A DNA stretch of 64,000 nt from Azolla caroliniana (taxonomy: Eukaryota > Plantae > Polypodiophyta). The translations under genes were made by a program, and so were the position numbers. This document shows, piece after piece, positions 50,601-64,000 of the stretch (positions are counted from its first letter, which is position 1; each line of letters opens with the position of its first letter). The notes beneath the pieces were generated by a model that saw only the letters and a list, made by a program, of their open reading frames with translations, searched no databases and was not told where the DNA came from. Location: positions 12,710,001 to 12,774,000 of the forward strand of contig JBHGNT010000022.1 of NCBI GenBank assembly GCA_043228905.1. The letters are read 5' to 3'.

Positions 50601-50942
50601 ATAACATCTTCCCTTGATGTGACAATTGCCCACGTTTCTCATACAATGTTTTTTTTAAAAAAATTCTAGGGAATTATTTTGCTTGACTCAACTATTTTTA
50701 GAGGATCCACTCAAGTGTGCCAAGATATTCCAAATAGCCATAGGGATCATGTAAATATTCCTCAAATTGGGCACAATGATAATTGTTCTATAATATCCAT
50801 CATTTGTGTTATTTTAATGTATTGTCTTTGTCCACCAATCTCTGTGGCCTAAATTGTCCTCTCTCACATAAAGGTGAAATTGGGCATATGTGATGTAAAT
50901 TTTCATCAGTCACATAAAAGGGGGAGTTGAGGTTCTTTCATG

Positions 50943-50946
<4 letters not shown>

Positions 50947-51018
<72 letters not shown>
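50947..51018. repeat. (CT)36 microsatellite abutting an L1 3' end
   Basis: Directly visible. Confidence 0.95.
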
Positions 51019-51021
<3 letters not shown>

Positions 51022-52775
51022 AATAATGGCTTTCATTACAAAAGAAAAAACACCACCATGACTAACTTACTACAAAGTATAGAACCGTTCTATCTATCTA
51101 GGGATCTAAAGACTACTACGACTCAAAACTCAATGCCACCCTACACACCAATTCAAATGGCCAATATGATGATATGTGACCTTGTAGAGTTCTCTCTCTT
51201 CATGCTTGAGATTTCGTGACTTCTCTAGCACTGTCAATTGCCACAGAAGAAGTTCTTTTAACTTTAGAACATATTTTCTCACCCCAACTTGCGAATCAAA
51301 TTTGAAGGCATTCTACATATTCCAATTGAATCATAGCCCCCAATACCTCAAGAACTCAAAAATAATTTGGAAACGAGACATCGGTTCATTGTTCTCCATA
51401 TGTGCAAAAACCCAACTAAAGGAAGATATGCTTACTCCTGTTAGAGACAACCACACTAAACTGATACACCTCCAAACCATCATTGCCATCAGGCATGAAA
51501 GAAATCGATGCCTACTATGTTCCAATTCCACCAAACAAAAGAAACATGATCCTTTAGTAATGTTTCTTTTTTCTAATGCATCCCCCAATGGTAAAGCTCA
51601 AACCATAACTCTCCAAATAAATACCTTAGCTCATAGCATCAATCGAGAACACTAACTTGCCTTGATAACATGAAACCACCAAGTAATGGGCTTACGAAAA
51701 CCCCATATCTTTATAACTCTTTCTTCCAACCACTTATGTTTGTCAATCAACTTGTGATAAGCAACACTTGTTGAAATCATAGTCAATCTCTTATTTCCAA
51801 CAAACCTCCAATCAATCTCTTGAGATCCCCCATCTAAATTAGGAATTGGCTCATACAAAGAAAATATTTCTTGCAACTTATCCCATAATAAAGGTATAAC
51901 CTTTTGGAATACGAAATGTTGATATTGCAGTTCAAACGGCCATTAATCTTCTTTGTGACACCAACATAGCATCCTTGACTGTTATCAAACCCAATCTTGC
52001 CATCCGATTAAATTGAAGGTTAAGAATTTGTTTACCTTCCCACCTCAACAACCTTAATGTCACCAAAACCTCCATTTGTAATGAATTAACGCATTCCCTT
52101 TCTTGTGGAGGATGCCATTCCACAAAATCCAACATACTTTGCCAAGATGTCAACAAATGATTAACTATAAGAGACCTTGCACATTTGACATCCCTTTCAG
52201 AATTAATGACAATCCACCAATTAGCTTCAACCTTCATGTTTCCAAGCTTAATTCTGTTCTTCTCCATAAAGTATGCCACCATTTCTATCCAAGGTTGTAC
52301 ACCTTCAAACATAAATGGAATGAAAGTAAATCGGCAAGCCACCGTATGCTCATATAGATTCAATATTGATGCCCCACCAAGACGCTTCAGAGTATAAACA
52401 TGATCCCATGTCAACCACAACAATGCACTTTTCCCTTTTCTTTTCCATAACAACGTTCGCATGGTAACACCATTTCAAGAGCTTTCTTTGACCATGGTAA
52501 CAAAGGAAGATAATAAGACACCATAGAGACCATAAATCGATTGGACCACCTTAAGTCGTACATGAAAAAGCCAAATTTGAGACCTCCAATACATAAAGTT
52601 ATCCTCCAGCCTTTTGGATACCCATTCAATAACTTTCACATGAGAAACTTCCACCCCAATTGGATATCCAAGGTGACGACAAATCATACCACGATGTGCT
52701 ATCCTTCCTAACCACCCCAACCCTAGCACATCTTGTTCTGCACATGAAATGAGGATAGATTTATGAAATTCTCAA
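51019..52775 (-). mobile_element. 5'-truncated L1-clade LINE
   Basis: RHLGYPIG, WDHVYTLKRLGGASI, zf-RVT CFFC..EHSRHRFLSC..VW; (CT)n tracts on both sides (50947-51018 and 52861-52885). Confidence 0.82.
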
Positions 52776-53020
52776 CCCGGATGCATTTGAAAACAATTCC
52801 CACACATATCTTGTCTTAATAATATTTTCCTAATTAGGTGCCAAAAACATAATATGTTTTCTCTCTCTCTCTCTCTCTCTCTCTCCGTATAAGGGTGGAG
52901 TTGTGTACCATGAGTTAAATGCGATTGAGGTGTTATGACTTAATTTAGGAATATGAAGCAAATTAAGTCTAGAGATAAGTCATCGACATTTGGATAACAT
53001 TATTTCCATGTGTAGTATGG

Positions 53021-53301
53021 TACGTACAAAGATTGTGTCCAAACATGACTCTTAAGATTTGATCTATGGTAAGGAGCAGTTTAAATTGCCACAAAACTAG
53101 AAGACAAAAAAAGAATTGATGTGGTCTCGTTTTGTGAACACCACTTGGACACAATCTTTGTACATAGCAATGGTATGTGCAAAGATTGTGTCCAAACACA
53201 ACTCTTAGGATTTGATCTATGATAAGGAGCAGTTTAGATTGCCACAAAACTAGAAGACAAAAAAAGAATCCATGTGTTCTCATTTTGTGAACACCAGTTG
53301 G
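53021..53301. mobile_element. MITE-like element (146 bp, 22-bp TIRs) followed by a tandem second copy lacking most of its right TIR
   Basis: tacgtacaaagattgtgtccaa (53021-53042) is inverted to ttggacacaatctttgtacata (53145-53166); second copy at 53174-53301. Confidence 0.75.
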
Positions 53302-54780
53302 CTAGTAGAAAATAATTGGATATTGAATGGGCATGCTTGGGTTGTTTCATTGTTTGTTCATTCAATTATTATTTTTACTGTACTAAGATCGATGAGAACC
53401 ATCACATCAACATGGATTTTCTTTGAATTGTCGATTTGAACCACACTTATTGTAAAGCTTTAAAATGGAATATATTTTGAAACCACTACAATACGGATAT
53501 GATTGGATAAATGCTCAAGTTTTCTTAAGCTTGACCTATATGAACGACCGAAAACCATGAAATCAAAATAGATTTCATCTAGATGGTCGACATGAACCAT
53601 GGACAATGTTCTTGCCTAGAAATGAAATATAATCAAAACCTTTGACGCATGGCTAGTTCCTTTAGTAATGTTGATGGAAATGACAATGAAAGGCAAAGGT
53701 GGGTCAATCGAAGCACAATTCAAGAAAGATGGCCTTGAAAAATGGGAAAACGCAGTTAGGACGTGTACTAAGAGTGCATGGAAGAAAATATGACTCTCAC
53801 TAGCTTTCTACATAAATAATGCACATATCACCTTATATATTATATTCATAAGGCTATCTATTTTGCTAATTCATGGTTCAATTGACAATCAAGTGACCAC
53901 AATTAACGATAATAACTATGACTAGGTAGGAGTTGATAACATTTAAGACAAAAATATTCAATCATATCATGGAATCGCATCACATCGTGCTCTCAGTCTA
54001 GGGTCATTGGTGTGAACGATAGTGGTCAATGTGCATGTTGTGCTTACTTCACATTTTCATCACCAAACATGATAATAGTCATAACTACAAATAGAGGTTA
54101 TTTCACCTGATTAGTGAGCTGCCAAAGGCGAGCCATGGGAGCACATTTTGCACATTTCTCACGTTAATATCGTCGCCTAATACGAAGCTTAAGAGGGCAA
54201 AGAGAATCATCCCCAGATGTTTATACCAAGCATTGTTTTTTTTTTTGGGCCTACATGAGGAGTTGCACACATGAGAAGTTGATCGATAGAGGTAGAAGGT
54301 TGTGTGCGACAATTCTCTTTTTTTTTTTTCACACTTACCACTGCTAGATAAGACGATGGTTTTCTTTTGCTTGGCAGGAACACGTGCATTGTTTTCATGT
54401 GTGTTCTCAGTGTGTGAAATGGTTCCCGAGAGAGGAAACGTGGGCATTGATTGCAACAAATTCAAAAGTGTGGATGTCCTGAAGAATCATGCGTGTTTTA
54501 GAAGAATCTATAGCATGGGCACGAGGCAGAGGCCAAGGCCGGCGGTCACGTTAGCATTGGTTCCTTCGAGAGAGACTACGATCCCATCCACGTCTTTTTC
54601 GAGCAAAAAGACAAATTGAGGCACACAAAAGTTAAAACATTAGGAATCCATGGTGATCTGAAAAGAGTCAGAACAAAAAAGAAAAGAAAAAACAAATACA
54701 TTGAAAGTTGAAGCTTCTTTTTTAACTTTTGAGTAAAAGTTTAGTGTTTTCTTTTTTATTGTTTTATTATTATTGGGGAT

Positions 54781-55170
54781 CATGGGATGGATCATATGAT
54801 GCATGATGATGCATGATGCTAAAACATGATGCCTACATGATGCATGATGTGAATGTGGGGGCAGATCATGGGGGGGTGGGGGTGAACATATGATGCATGA
54901 TGATATATATGAGGTATGATTATGCATGATGGGTGACTGAATGATTGCGGTATGTATGGTGATGGGTGATGGGTGATGCATGATGCGTGAAGGTGGATGA
55001 TGATGGGTGATGCATGATGCATGATGTATGAATGTGGATGATGATGGGTAATGCATGATGCATTAATGTGGATGATGATGGGTAATGCGTAATGCATGAT
55101 GCATGAATGTGGATGATGATGGGTGATGCATAATGCATGATGCATGATGGATGGATGTAATGGGTGATGA
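54781..55170. repeat. GATGCAT/GATGGGT low-complexity minisatellite upstream of the kinase gene
   Basis: Repeated tgatgggtgatgcatgatgcatgaatgtggatga-like units. Confidence 0.85.
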
Positions 55171-57363
55171 AGGTGCCATGGCATCTTCTCTCTGTCTTTA
55201 GGTGGGGTCTTGTTAATGGAGAGAGTCAACTCTGTCTCTGTCTCCACATTCCTTCCTTTTCATGAGTCTATTTAAAGACCTCTGTATTGTTTATCTAATG
55301 TTTCTTCTTCTTCTTCTTCTTCTTCTTTTTGTTTTCTTTTATGATTATTCTCTCTCTGTCTCTCTCTCTGTGTATCATCTTCAAAAAAAGCACCCTTTTC
55401 CTGCTTCCTCCTTCTACACTCAAAGACAATCTTCGCATCCTCATTGTCAACAGGTACTTGTTTTTCTCTGTCTCTCTACTGAAAATGGGGAGACCATAGA
55501 GCTTCCCTTGTTTATTACAAATTGTCTCCTCATGTTGCTGTTACTTGATATATATATATATATAATGCAATTCCTGTTTTTCTCAGAAAAAGAAAAAGAA
55601 AAAGAAACAAAATGAGAGCTTGTTAAGATTACCATGACCATATGTGTGTGGAATAGCGTTTTTTCAGCTGCTATGAAAATTTTAAGGATGGATGTATTTG
55701 AAATGTTTTCTTCTTTTCTTCTTCTCCTCACTCCTCTGTTCATTATATGATTGATGATGATACATTGGCTGATATTATCTCCAATTTCTATGATTTGAGG
55801 AATTTGGGTTCTCAAAAAGGTCTCCAGCTTTCTTCACTAGGATTGAAAATCTTCTCTAGGTCTTCTTCAGGTTTGAAGTAGTAGTTCTCTTCTTCTTTCC
55901 TTCTTATGCTTTGTTGATTTGGGTATTCCAACTTTTTTGGTTTTTCAAAAGTCTCAAGGTCTGAAGGATTTATATCTCTACTTGGAAAAATGAGAAAGGA
56001 AGTATCTATGGGCAAATAAAAAGTGAATTGGGAGGAATAACAGGGCTCTCCATTAGACCATTTTATTAATGAATTCCCTAAATAAGACCTAACCTTTACT
56101 ATGCTATCTTTCTAAGGGAGAAATGCAAGCAAATAAATGCCTAGAAAGAAAGAGCTATTTTACAATTTTTTCCTTGATGACTGTTGTTTAGCTCGTATGG
56201 TTATCCTCCAGAGACTAGAAGGACATGGATTTAACACCTACATTCTGCAATGATATCTAGTAAAATCATGCATAAGGTGACATTTGAATCCGAGGTCCAT
56301 GGGTTCTAGTAAAAACTCAGCTTTAAGGTACAACCCTAATAATGATAATAGCCTGTGAGACCAATACGGAGATTGTCCTTCAGTCCTAGCTTCCAAAGGG
56401 TACACATTGACTTTATAGCGTCTGGGATTTGCTAGGGGCCGCTTTAGGTAGTATACATGCAAGCTCACTCTTGCAGGAGTTGATGTTCACAGCATTCACA
56501 TTTAGCCCTAGGTTCACACTGACTTCTAATAGTATCTCGGCCTTGCCACACAAGGTATTATGCAGGTGAATTTTGCAGGATGAAATGGTCTTATGATTGT
56601 CTGGGCATATGAATAATTGGGGAAGAAAGAACCCATCTCAAATCTAACAATTTCATCCAATATCAATGGCTTGTGATGAACTGTCTGAAATATGACGATA
56701 AACAATATCTTGGGAAAATTGGCTAAAATTTGGATCCCTGTCCGTAACTTGTACCTTTTTGAGATTCTTCAACAATGTTGACCAGATGCATAAACTATTG
56801 GATAATCTGCGATAAGTGTGAACTCACACAATTGGCGTCAGACATAGTCTCCTTTATGTGATAAATGTCTTTGTTAAAAAAATACGATTTTAACTGCATA
56901 TGACTTTCTTATCATAGACCGGTCTTGTTGTATAATGATATAAAATGATTTGGCACAAGGTTTTCTCTTAAGTATGGATATTGTTTTGAACTATGAATCT
57001 CTTTTCATTGTATTATTCCTCAGTCAAGGTCAATGCCCCATGGTTGTTTATGGCTATCCATTAATGTTATTTGGTCAAGAGGCAATAAACAAAATAAACT
57101 CATGATAATTCCCTATAAACTATCTGCTAAGCAAAGCATCTCAAAAGTAGCTGATAACTCATTAGAAAGGGCAATGTAAGAAATTCTTCTGTTGTGATAC
57201 AGCCTTCATTGTTCATGGTAGTACTAGCTATTAGGTAATGTAAAGCTTTGAATTCTGAAGTTCACGGACCATTTAACCTATATTCAGTTAATATCAAATT
57301 GCTAACATGATTTTTTATATTTCTATCAGGACATGTGAAGATGAGTTTTGATGTCTTGGAAGG

Positions 57364-60300
57364 ATGAATATACTCTCTATTGGTATTATCATAGGAGTTG
57401 TTGTAGGAATTGCCATTGGCATAGCAGTTGCTATTTGCTTATCTTTATGGATACACATTCAAAGCAAAGAGAATAACATTCAAAACACGAGTAATGAACA
57501 AAGAGGCATGACTCTACCCATTCGAGTAAATGCTGTGGATGCAAGTTCTGCCTTATCTGATGACATTACTGAATATGATTCACCCCCGATGGGAAATGAT
57601 CAAGGAATATTCTCATCATGGTTTGGAGGAAATGAGAAAAATTCAATTCTCACACATTCTGGACTACCAAATTATCCATACAGGTGTTTTTTTGTTATGC
57701 GATTGTTGCTTATGCTGAAAAATCCTCTGAAATACCTCCCAAGTTTCTGTTTATTTCCCCAAATGCCTTGAAGTTATCGTTATTTCCTCAAAGGTCCTTG
57801 TTGAATACTTCTTGAGCAATTATACAGTAAACTTCATCCCCGTTTTCTCAATTTTGTGTGCTATTTGAGCCGTTATTTGGTTGATTTTCTTTCTTTTGGG
57901 ACTAATGAAAAATTATGGGCATTTGGGGAAATGAAGAACAGCTCAGGGTATTTCAGAGTCTTTCCCATATTACTTTTTTCTAATGCCATATTTACACCTA
58001 TGGATGTGGGTGTTTGCATGTACATGCATTAGACAATAAGCATGAAGTGCTTGTTTTCATGTTTCTTGATTTTCACACATGTATTTAGGATATGTATCCT
58101 CATAATTGGTTATTAATGGAATAATGGCGTGAGAAGATAACAGGTCTTTACAATTGGTTGTTAATGGAATAATGATGTGGGAAGATAACACCCATTTGTG
58201 GTGAATCACCTTTAGAAACTAAGCTAGATGATATATTTTCTTGCAGGTATAATTTCATGTATACTTCAGATGTATGTGTGTATATATATATATACACACA
58301 CAGAATTTTGTGTGGATGTTTTTTGTTTGGAGAAAGTTAAGATGCATGAAGAAAGTGGCTCATCTCTAAATTCCACATGACACTTTAATTCCTTAATGGT
58401 CAACATTGTTGTCAGAAAACTTGTCATTGAATGATCATGTTTTTCAAGGTGAAGATGATTCTTGAATCATTTAAGAGTGTGTGCTTCACATGCTTTTGTT
58501 TATGTTTTCTTTTTTCTTTTTTATAAAAAAATCAAGTTTTAAGAGATAATCCTTGATTTTACTAAAGAACTTTGCGAACACATCTTGTGATTTTTGTCAT
58601 GAGCAATATTATGTTTTAGTCTACTTGCATTGATATTCAGACTTGTGATGGCATTTCCAATATTTGAAGGAGCTTTGAAGGAGTTTTAGTAAAATTATAG
58701 ACCATTTTTATGCAAGATCTTTTACAGGGATATACAGAAGGCAACCAACAACTTCACAAGTAAAATAGGTGAAGGTGCTTTTGGACCTGTTTATAAAGCA
58801 ATAATGCCACAAGGAGGCACTTTTGCGGTCAAGGTGCACTCTTCACATTCCAAGCAAGGGGAAAAAGAGTTTTTGGCAGAGGTAAGAAAAGGAAAGAAAA
58901 GGAAAGAAAGATATATTAAGGCCTCTAAAAGACCATAATGGTATATTAAACCTTACGAAACATTACAACTGGTTATGTTCCATTTTACATAGTTCCGAGA
59001 TGGTGGAGGAAAGACAACTTCAAAATTAAATTATATATATATGTTCGTAGAGTTTTCATGCGAGTATGCCTGTATCATTCCCGCTTGTCCACTAGTGTCT
59101 TCTGCTTTAATTGGATTATTTTCGTTCGTTTTCCCTAAGTCTACAAACGGTATTCCTTGTTTATGCTTTTAGTTTATCTTGCTAAGGCATGTAATGAAAT
59201 TTGTGAAAAACTGTAGTTTTAAATTCGGATTAAGAGAGTTGGAAGAAAACATGCATCATCTATGTGGTATTTTATGAAATTACAATTATTTTCAATGCAA
59301 AATCTGTATTTATGTATGTATTTTTTTGTATCTAGCATTTATTTATTTCTTACAAGATTGATATTTCAATAGGTGGCATTGTTAGGAAGATTGCACCATA
59401 GGAACTTGGTGAACCTTGTGGGATATTGTGCGGAGAAAGGCAACAGTATGTTAGTTTATGAGTATATGAGCAATGGAAGCTTGGCATCATTGTTATATGG
59501 TAATTGGAACGTATGCTTTTTGTATGGTGTTTTGAAGGTTCTGAAAAAAATTCCTAAATACAACACATCATCCTTATCTATCTATCTATCTATCTATTTA
59601 TCTATCTGTATATGGACAAACATGAATCATATACCATGATATCCGGGTTGCATAGGTGATGACCAGGAATCATTGACTTGGGATATGAGGATTGCAATAT
59701 CTCAAGATATTGCAAATGGAATTGAGTATCTTCATGAAGGGGTATGAGAATAGTTCTTTAAAAGGCCAAATGCCTATTACATTGTTTGCTTATTTCAACA
59801 TTTGAAGTGTCATCATACTTTGAATTAAGTTACTCTGGATTTGTTTTTTATCCACTCTTATTGATCATACTTTTATGCAATAATTCAGGCAATACCACCT
59901 ATCATCCATCGGGACATAAAATGCGCTAATATCTTGCTGGATGGATCCATGAAGGCCCGGGTAAGTATTATATTCAAGGGTTTTCTACCAGTGGAGAATA
60001 AAAAATATGATGGTTAATGCGGTTAGTTGTTTTTCATGAAATGTCACTTAAATGTGATCTTTAGAGAAAAGACAATGCTAAGAAAAAAAGGTGCATTAGA
60101 AGCATAAGCGAGAGCAGGATAAATTTCCATATGCATATTGGGTACTTGAATTCCATCAATATCAGAGCCCTGTTGTTGACGGATATCATATATGTGTGCA
60201 TAACCAAGGACAAGGTATCATCGTCTCGGTGACCAGTCTCACAAAACTTCTAGATATTAATAGCTTCCCTTCAAAAAATGTGATACACTATGTCCCTACC

Positions 60301-62965
60301 AAGATATCGTGGATGGCTTTAGTGTTTGGGGCTTTATAGTCAAGTGTTTTTAATACAAGTTGTTTAATCTCAAACAATGAGTAAGACCAAGGTACTGGAT
60401 AGACATGAACACCCAAAAAGAGAGAGAAAGAAAGATATATTAATGTCTTCTAAGACCAAAATTGGTCCATGAGACAATTGGTTTACAACAAAAATGGGGT
60501 ATTTACCCATTCATCGAAAGTAAAAATAAAATAAAATAAAACTTAAGCTAAAGAGTTCTAGAGCTTATATATTGTTTGCGATCTGGTGAATATTAGTACT
60601 TTAGAAATAACACAAGACACTTACAAAAGAGGATGAAGAGAGGTACATGCTTTGCAAAAGAATGTCTTTGAATGTCAGAGTAAGTTATCCCAAGCATGAC
60701 CTTTCAATGTGCATGCTTTATCCACCTGGTGACAATTTGCTGACCTACCTGCCAGTCTTTTGATATGTAGAGTAGGTATGCATTGTAGTGTTGTTTGAGG
60801 AAATTTGGTCATCATATTGATTAAAGGGTATGACTTTGGCCATCTTCTCTTATTGGTCTTCTATGGGATATTCGATGAGGATACATTGAATATGCGACCG
60901 TATATTGTGGGGTCGAAATGTAGACCTGTTGACATAGACAATAATCAAACATGAGACTGTATATGACTATGACTATGACCACACTTTCTTGGTCACAAGG
61001 AAATTTCTCTTATTTGTTTGTAGTGGTCATGTGACCTAATGCTGAGCAGGTTTACATTACTTGTATTGTTTTGAATATAGTAAATAGCCCTACACCCCAA
61101 AAAAAGATTAAAGCACAATGTGAAACATGGTCTTAATGTACCATTAATGATAGTAAAGACAAATTCAATGTATATGATGGTGTGGAGGCAAAACTTATGA
61201 TTAAGGTTTAGTGCATGGATTCAATTCTATGGTCAAATCACACTAATTCTATTCAATTCTGTCAATGGTGTTGCATTAATTGCAAAAAGCATTAAAAAAT
61301 TTGGCTTTAAGAATATCACGCTCAAGCAAAAATAAAATATAAATTTTATTATTGTTCTTAGAAGTCATCTATGACTTGCGGTACCAAAATGAAACATTTT
61401 CATATAGTGACTTTTGATGTTCAAGACTTTTACTCATGAACATCACAATTGTAAGTGCACATTGTGATTGAGAGGGAGATATGTGTAGGGCTAAATCTGG
61501 TTTGTTGAACATGCTATGACATATGTGGAGTTGGACTGTGGCCCATTGACATAGACGATAATCAAGTATGAGATGGTATATGACTTTGATCATGTTTTCA
61601 TGTTGATTTTCACAAGGTAATTTTCTCATGCCATGGCTTTTCTGAATCTGTTTGTAGTAGTCATGTGACATTATGCTGAGCATTTTTGTATCACTTGTAT
61701 TGTGTTTAGAATACAATATCCTTACGTGAAAACAATAAAATTAAAGCACAATGTGAGCCATTGCCTTCTATTAACAATAATAACGAGAAATATAATGTAT
61801 AAATGTGATGCTGCTGAGCTTGGGCTTTATTCATATCAAGTCTATATCAATGGCCCTAATGTGTTTAGTCATTGTAAAAGGCCTTCATATTTTTGACTTT
61901 GAGATCATTGCACTAAGGTAAAAGGCGAGAGATTTTATTATTATCCTCAGAAGTTGAATTTTTACGAAGTATGTGAAACATTTATCCTAAGTGAAACATT
62001 TCTAAGTTGATTTTATTATTATCCTAAGTGAAACATTTCTACAGGGTATGTGGAGGTGATTAGGACTCTTGATGTCTTAAGAATTTTACTAATGAATGTT
62101 GCATTTGTGAGTGCACATTGTGTGAGAGACGATAGGGTTTTATCTCAATTGGTAAGGTTTATAGGCTTCTAGAACCCCTACCATAACATTTTATCTTGGA
62201 ACCTATTCATTTGATAGCGGAATCTAGCAAAGTAATGATATAGTGAGATTTGTATATGGATGCATAAGTTAAAAGATAAAAGAGAGAGAGAGAGAGAGAG
62301 AGATCGGGATGTGATCATAATTTAAGTCATCTTTGAATTAGGTTGCAGATTTTGGTCTCTCGAAGGAGGTTAGTGCATCACATTCAAGTACTGGTGTTAA
62401 AGGAACATATGGCTACATGGATCCGGAGTACATTTCCACAAATAAATTTACCTTGAAGAGTGATGTGTATAGCTTTGGTGTATTGTTATTCGAGCTGATC
62501 ACGGCGAGAAGTCCGCAAAAGGGACTCATGGATTATGTTGGCCTGGTAAACTATAAACCATATAAACCTTATCTTACATTTGAAGATGACTTTTTCTTTT
62601 GTAAAAATATGATAAAACTACAAAAATGTCTGCCTTTTTCTTGTTATTTTGCAAAGGCTTTATTAAGTGTGGAGGGAGAAGAAGGGTGGGAAGAGATATT
62701 GGATGAAAGAATTAATGGGAAATGTAACTTATCGGAGGTGGCCATCGTTGCTAACATTGCCAGGCAATGTGTGAATCCCGATTCACACAATCGGCCGAAT
62801 ATGAGGGAGGTTGTGCAACAATTGATGAAGTTAGGGAATAAGAGACCAAGTAGTACACGCTCGATAGGTTCTGATGGTTCAAGCCAAACTGATGGAGATG
62901 TAGATGTTAGAGGTCGACGAGATCTGCTTCGTCTTGTTAGTATACCTGAACGACCAGAGCTCTAG
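57364..62965 (+). CDS. CRLK1: Calcium/calmodulin-regulated receptor-like kinase (CRLK1/2-like), ~423 aa, N-terminal TM anchor, 7 coding exons
   Basis: Exons 57364-57683, 58728-58881, 59373-59499, 59656-59741, 59889-59960, 62342-62545, 62657-62965 (1272 nt, phases consistent). [93 protein letters not shown]. The gene symbol is a family-level recognition. Confidence 0.9.
57714..57966. mobile_element. MITE-like element with ~50-bp TIRs in the first coding-region intron of the kinase
   Basis: ctctgaaatacc (57725) / ggtatttcagag (57947) and atttccccaaatgcc (57753) / ggcatttggggaaat (57918) are exact inverted pairs. Confidence 0.75.
60880..61990. repeat. Old ~620-bp tandem duplication in kinase intron 5
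   Basis: ttgacatagac.ataatcaa, tgtttgtagt.gtcatgtgac..atgctgagca and attaaagcacaatgtga each occur at ~60930-61120 and again at ~61546-61755. Confidence 0.75.
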
Positions 62966-64000
62966 TCATTTGATTCTAACCCATTACAACCATCTCATGT
63001 ATCCAAAGTCCTTTGTAACATAATAACGTAATCATCTTAGGATCCTTAAAGAGGATTTTGTCGATGAATATTTGTTGGGAGTTTGAGAACTTGTCACCCA
63101 AGGGAACACTTTTTAACATGTGAAATTTACAACACATGCTTTTGTGGAAATGGTTGGATTTTGAGTAACTAGTTATCGATGAAGATCAATTAACTAGTGA
63201 TTGGTTGATGGCAATAAATGAACTTTCCTTGCAATTCACAAATTATTATTCAACTTGTACGTAGGGATACAACCAACAAGCTATAATTAATAGTAGGAAC
63301 CTCAACTACATTTTAGAGCGTAAAGTTATCGAACTATATTATTAGCCCATGACTCACAGATAGGTTGATTATCAGTGAGAAACTAATTGACAATAAATTC
63401 AAACACATAGAACTTAACACATCTTTGGAATCCACATCCCATAGTTTCACCATTGGCACTGTGTGGCTTTATTAATCATCAAAGTCCAATCACATTGATT
63501 GTCGGCCTATGTTTTCTTGTACTTCAATTTGAATTATGTGTTTGACTCACAAGTTACCAAACAATGAAAAAACATTGACATATGATGAAGTTTCTCATAC
63601 CCATGATCCCTTCAACTCACATTCTAATCATACATTCATTGCTAGATATACTTCAATGTAATAGTGGATGTAGATTGTTATCATCATAGAGAGTTTAATG
63701 GTGAATATATATAGTGGTGAGGGGTCATAAGCTGACTCGAAGATTATCAATGTATGACTTACCTCAAACCATAACCTTATATCCCGTATCCAAGATTTAT
63801 GTAAATAGAATTGAAAAATGAAAATTGATATCAATCACACAAAATAGTCAGTATACTAATGAACAATATTCCATTCAAAAATGTGTTTCAAACACCACAC
63901 AAAGCACCCAATGGAAGGTAACTTAGTGTTCATGAGGTTCAATGATGGAAGTGTTCATTCTTGTGAATTAGTTGGGATGGGGGTGGGAGTGTTAGACCCC

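Noticed and set aside
54640-55247. His-rich ORFs on the minus strand
   Set aside because: All three frames give His-rich text because of the CAT/GAT minisatellite; no gene structure.

Overview
Land-plant nuclear genomic DNA: AT-rich, GT-AG introns, many microsatellites. The RTE-X-like and long-tailed L1 LINEs suggest a non-seed plant such as a fern or lycophyte (inference). Four host genes can be reconstructed by eye: a small two-TM plant membrane protein (570-926, +), a DCD-domain protein (3 coding exons, 7075-5435, -), a 15-exon membrane-bound calcineurin-like metallophosphoesterase with one GC-AG intron (36284-22849, -), and a CRLK1-like receptor-like kinase (7 coding exons, 57364-62965, +). 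Between them are a decayed full-length Ty1/copia element (8892-16089) whose 3' LTR is split by an RTE-X-like LINE inserted into its (CT)n microsatellite, several truncated L1-type LINEs, older RTE-X remnants, MITE/foldback structures and many local duplications. I see no convincing multi-gene novel system. The most unusual structures are: (i) a cryptic ~23-unit, ~42-bp telobox-cored array that fills the DCD gene's leader intron and reads like stacked 3' splice-site modules; (ii) a 129-bp tandem array dense in cis-elements directly upstream of the phosphoesterase; (iii) microsatellite-associated LINE nesting; (iv) two TEs each sitting between long direct repeats. All alignments and coordinates were done by eye, and TE boundaries may be off by tens of bases.
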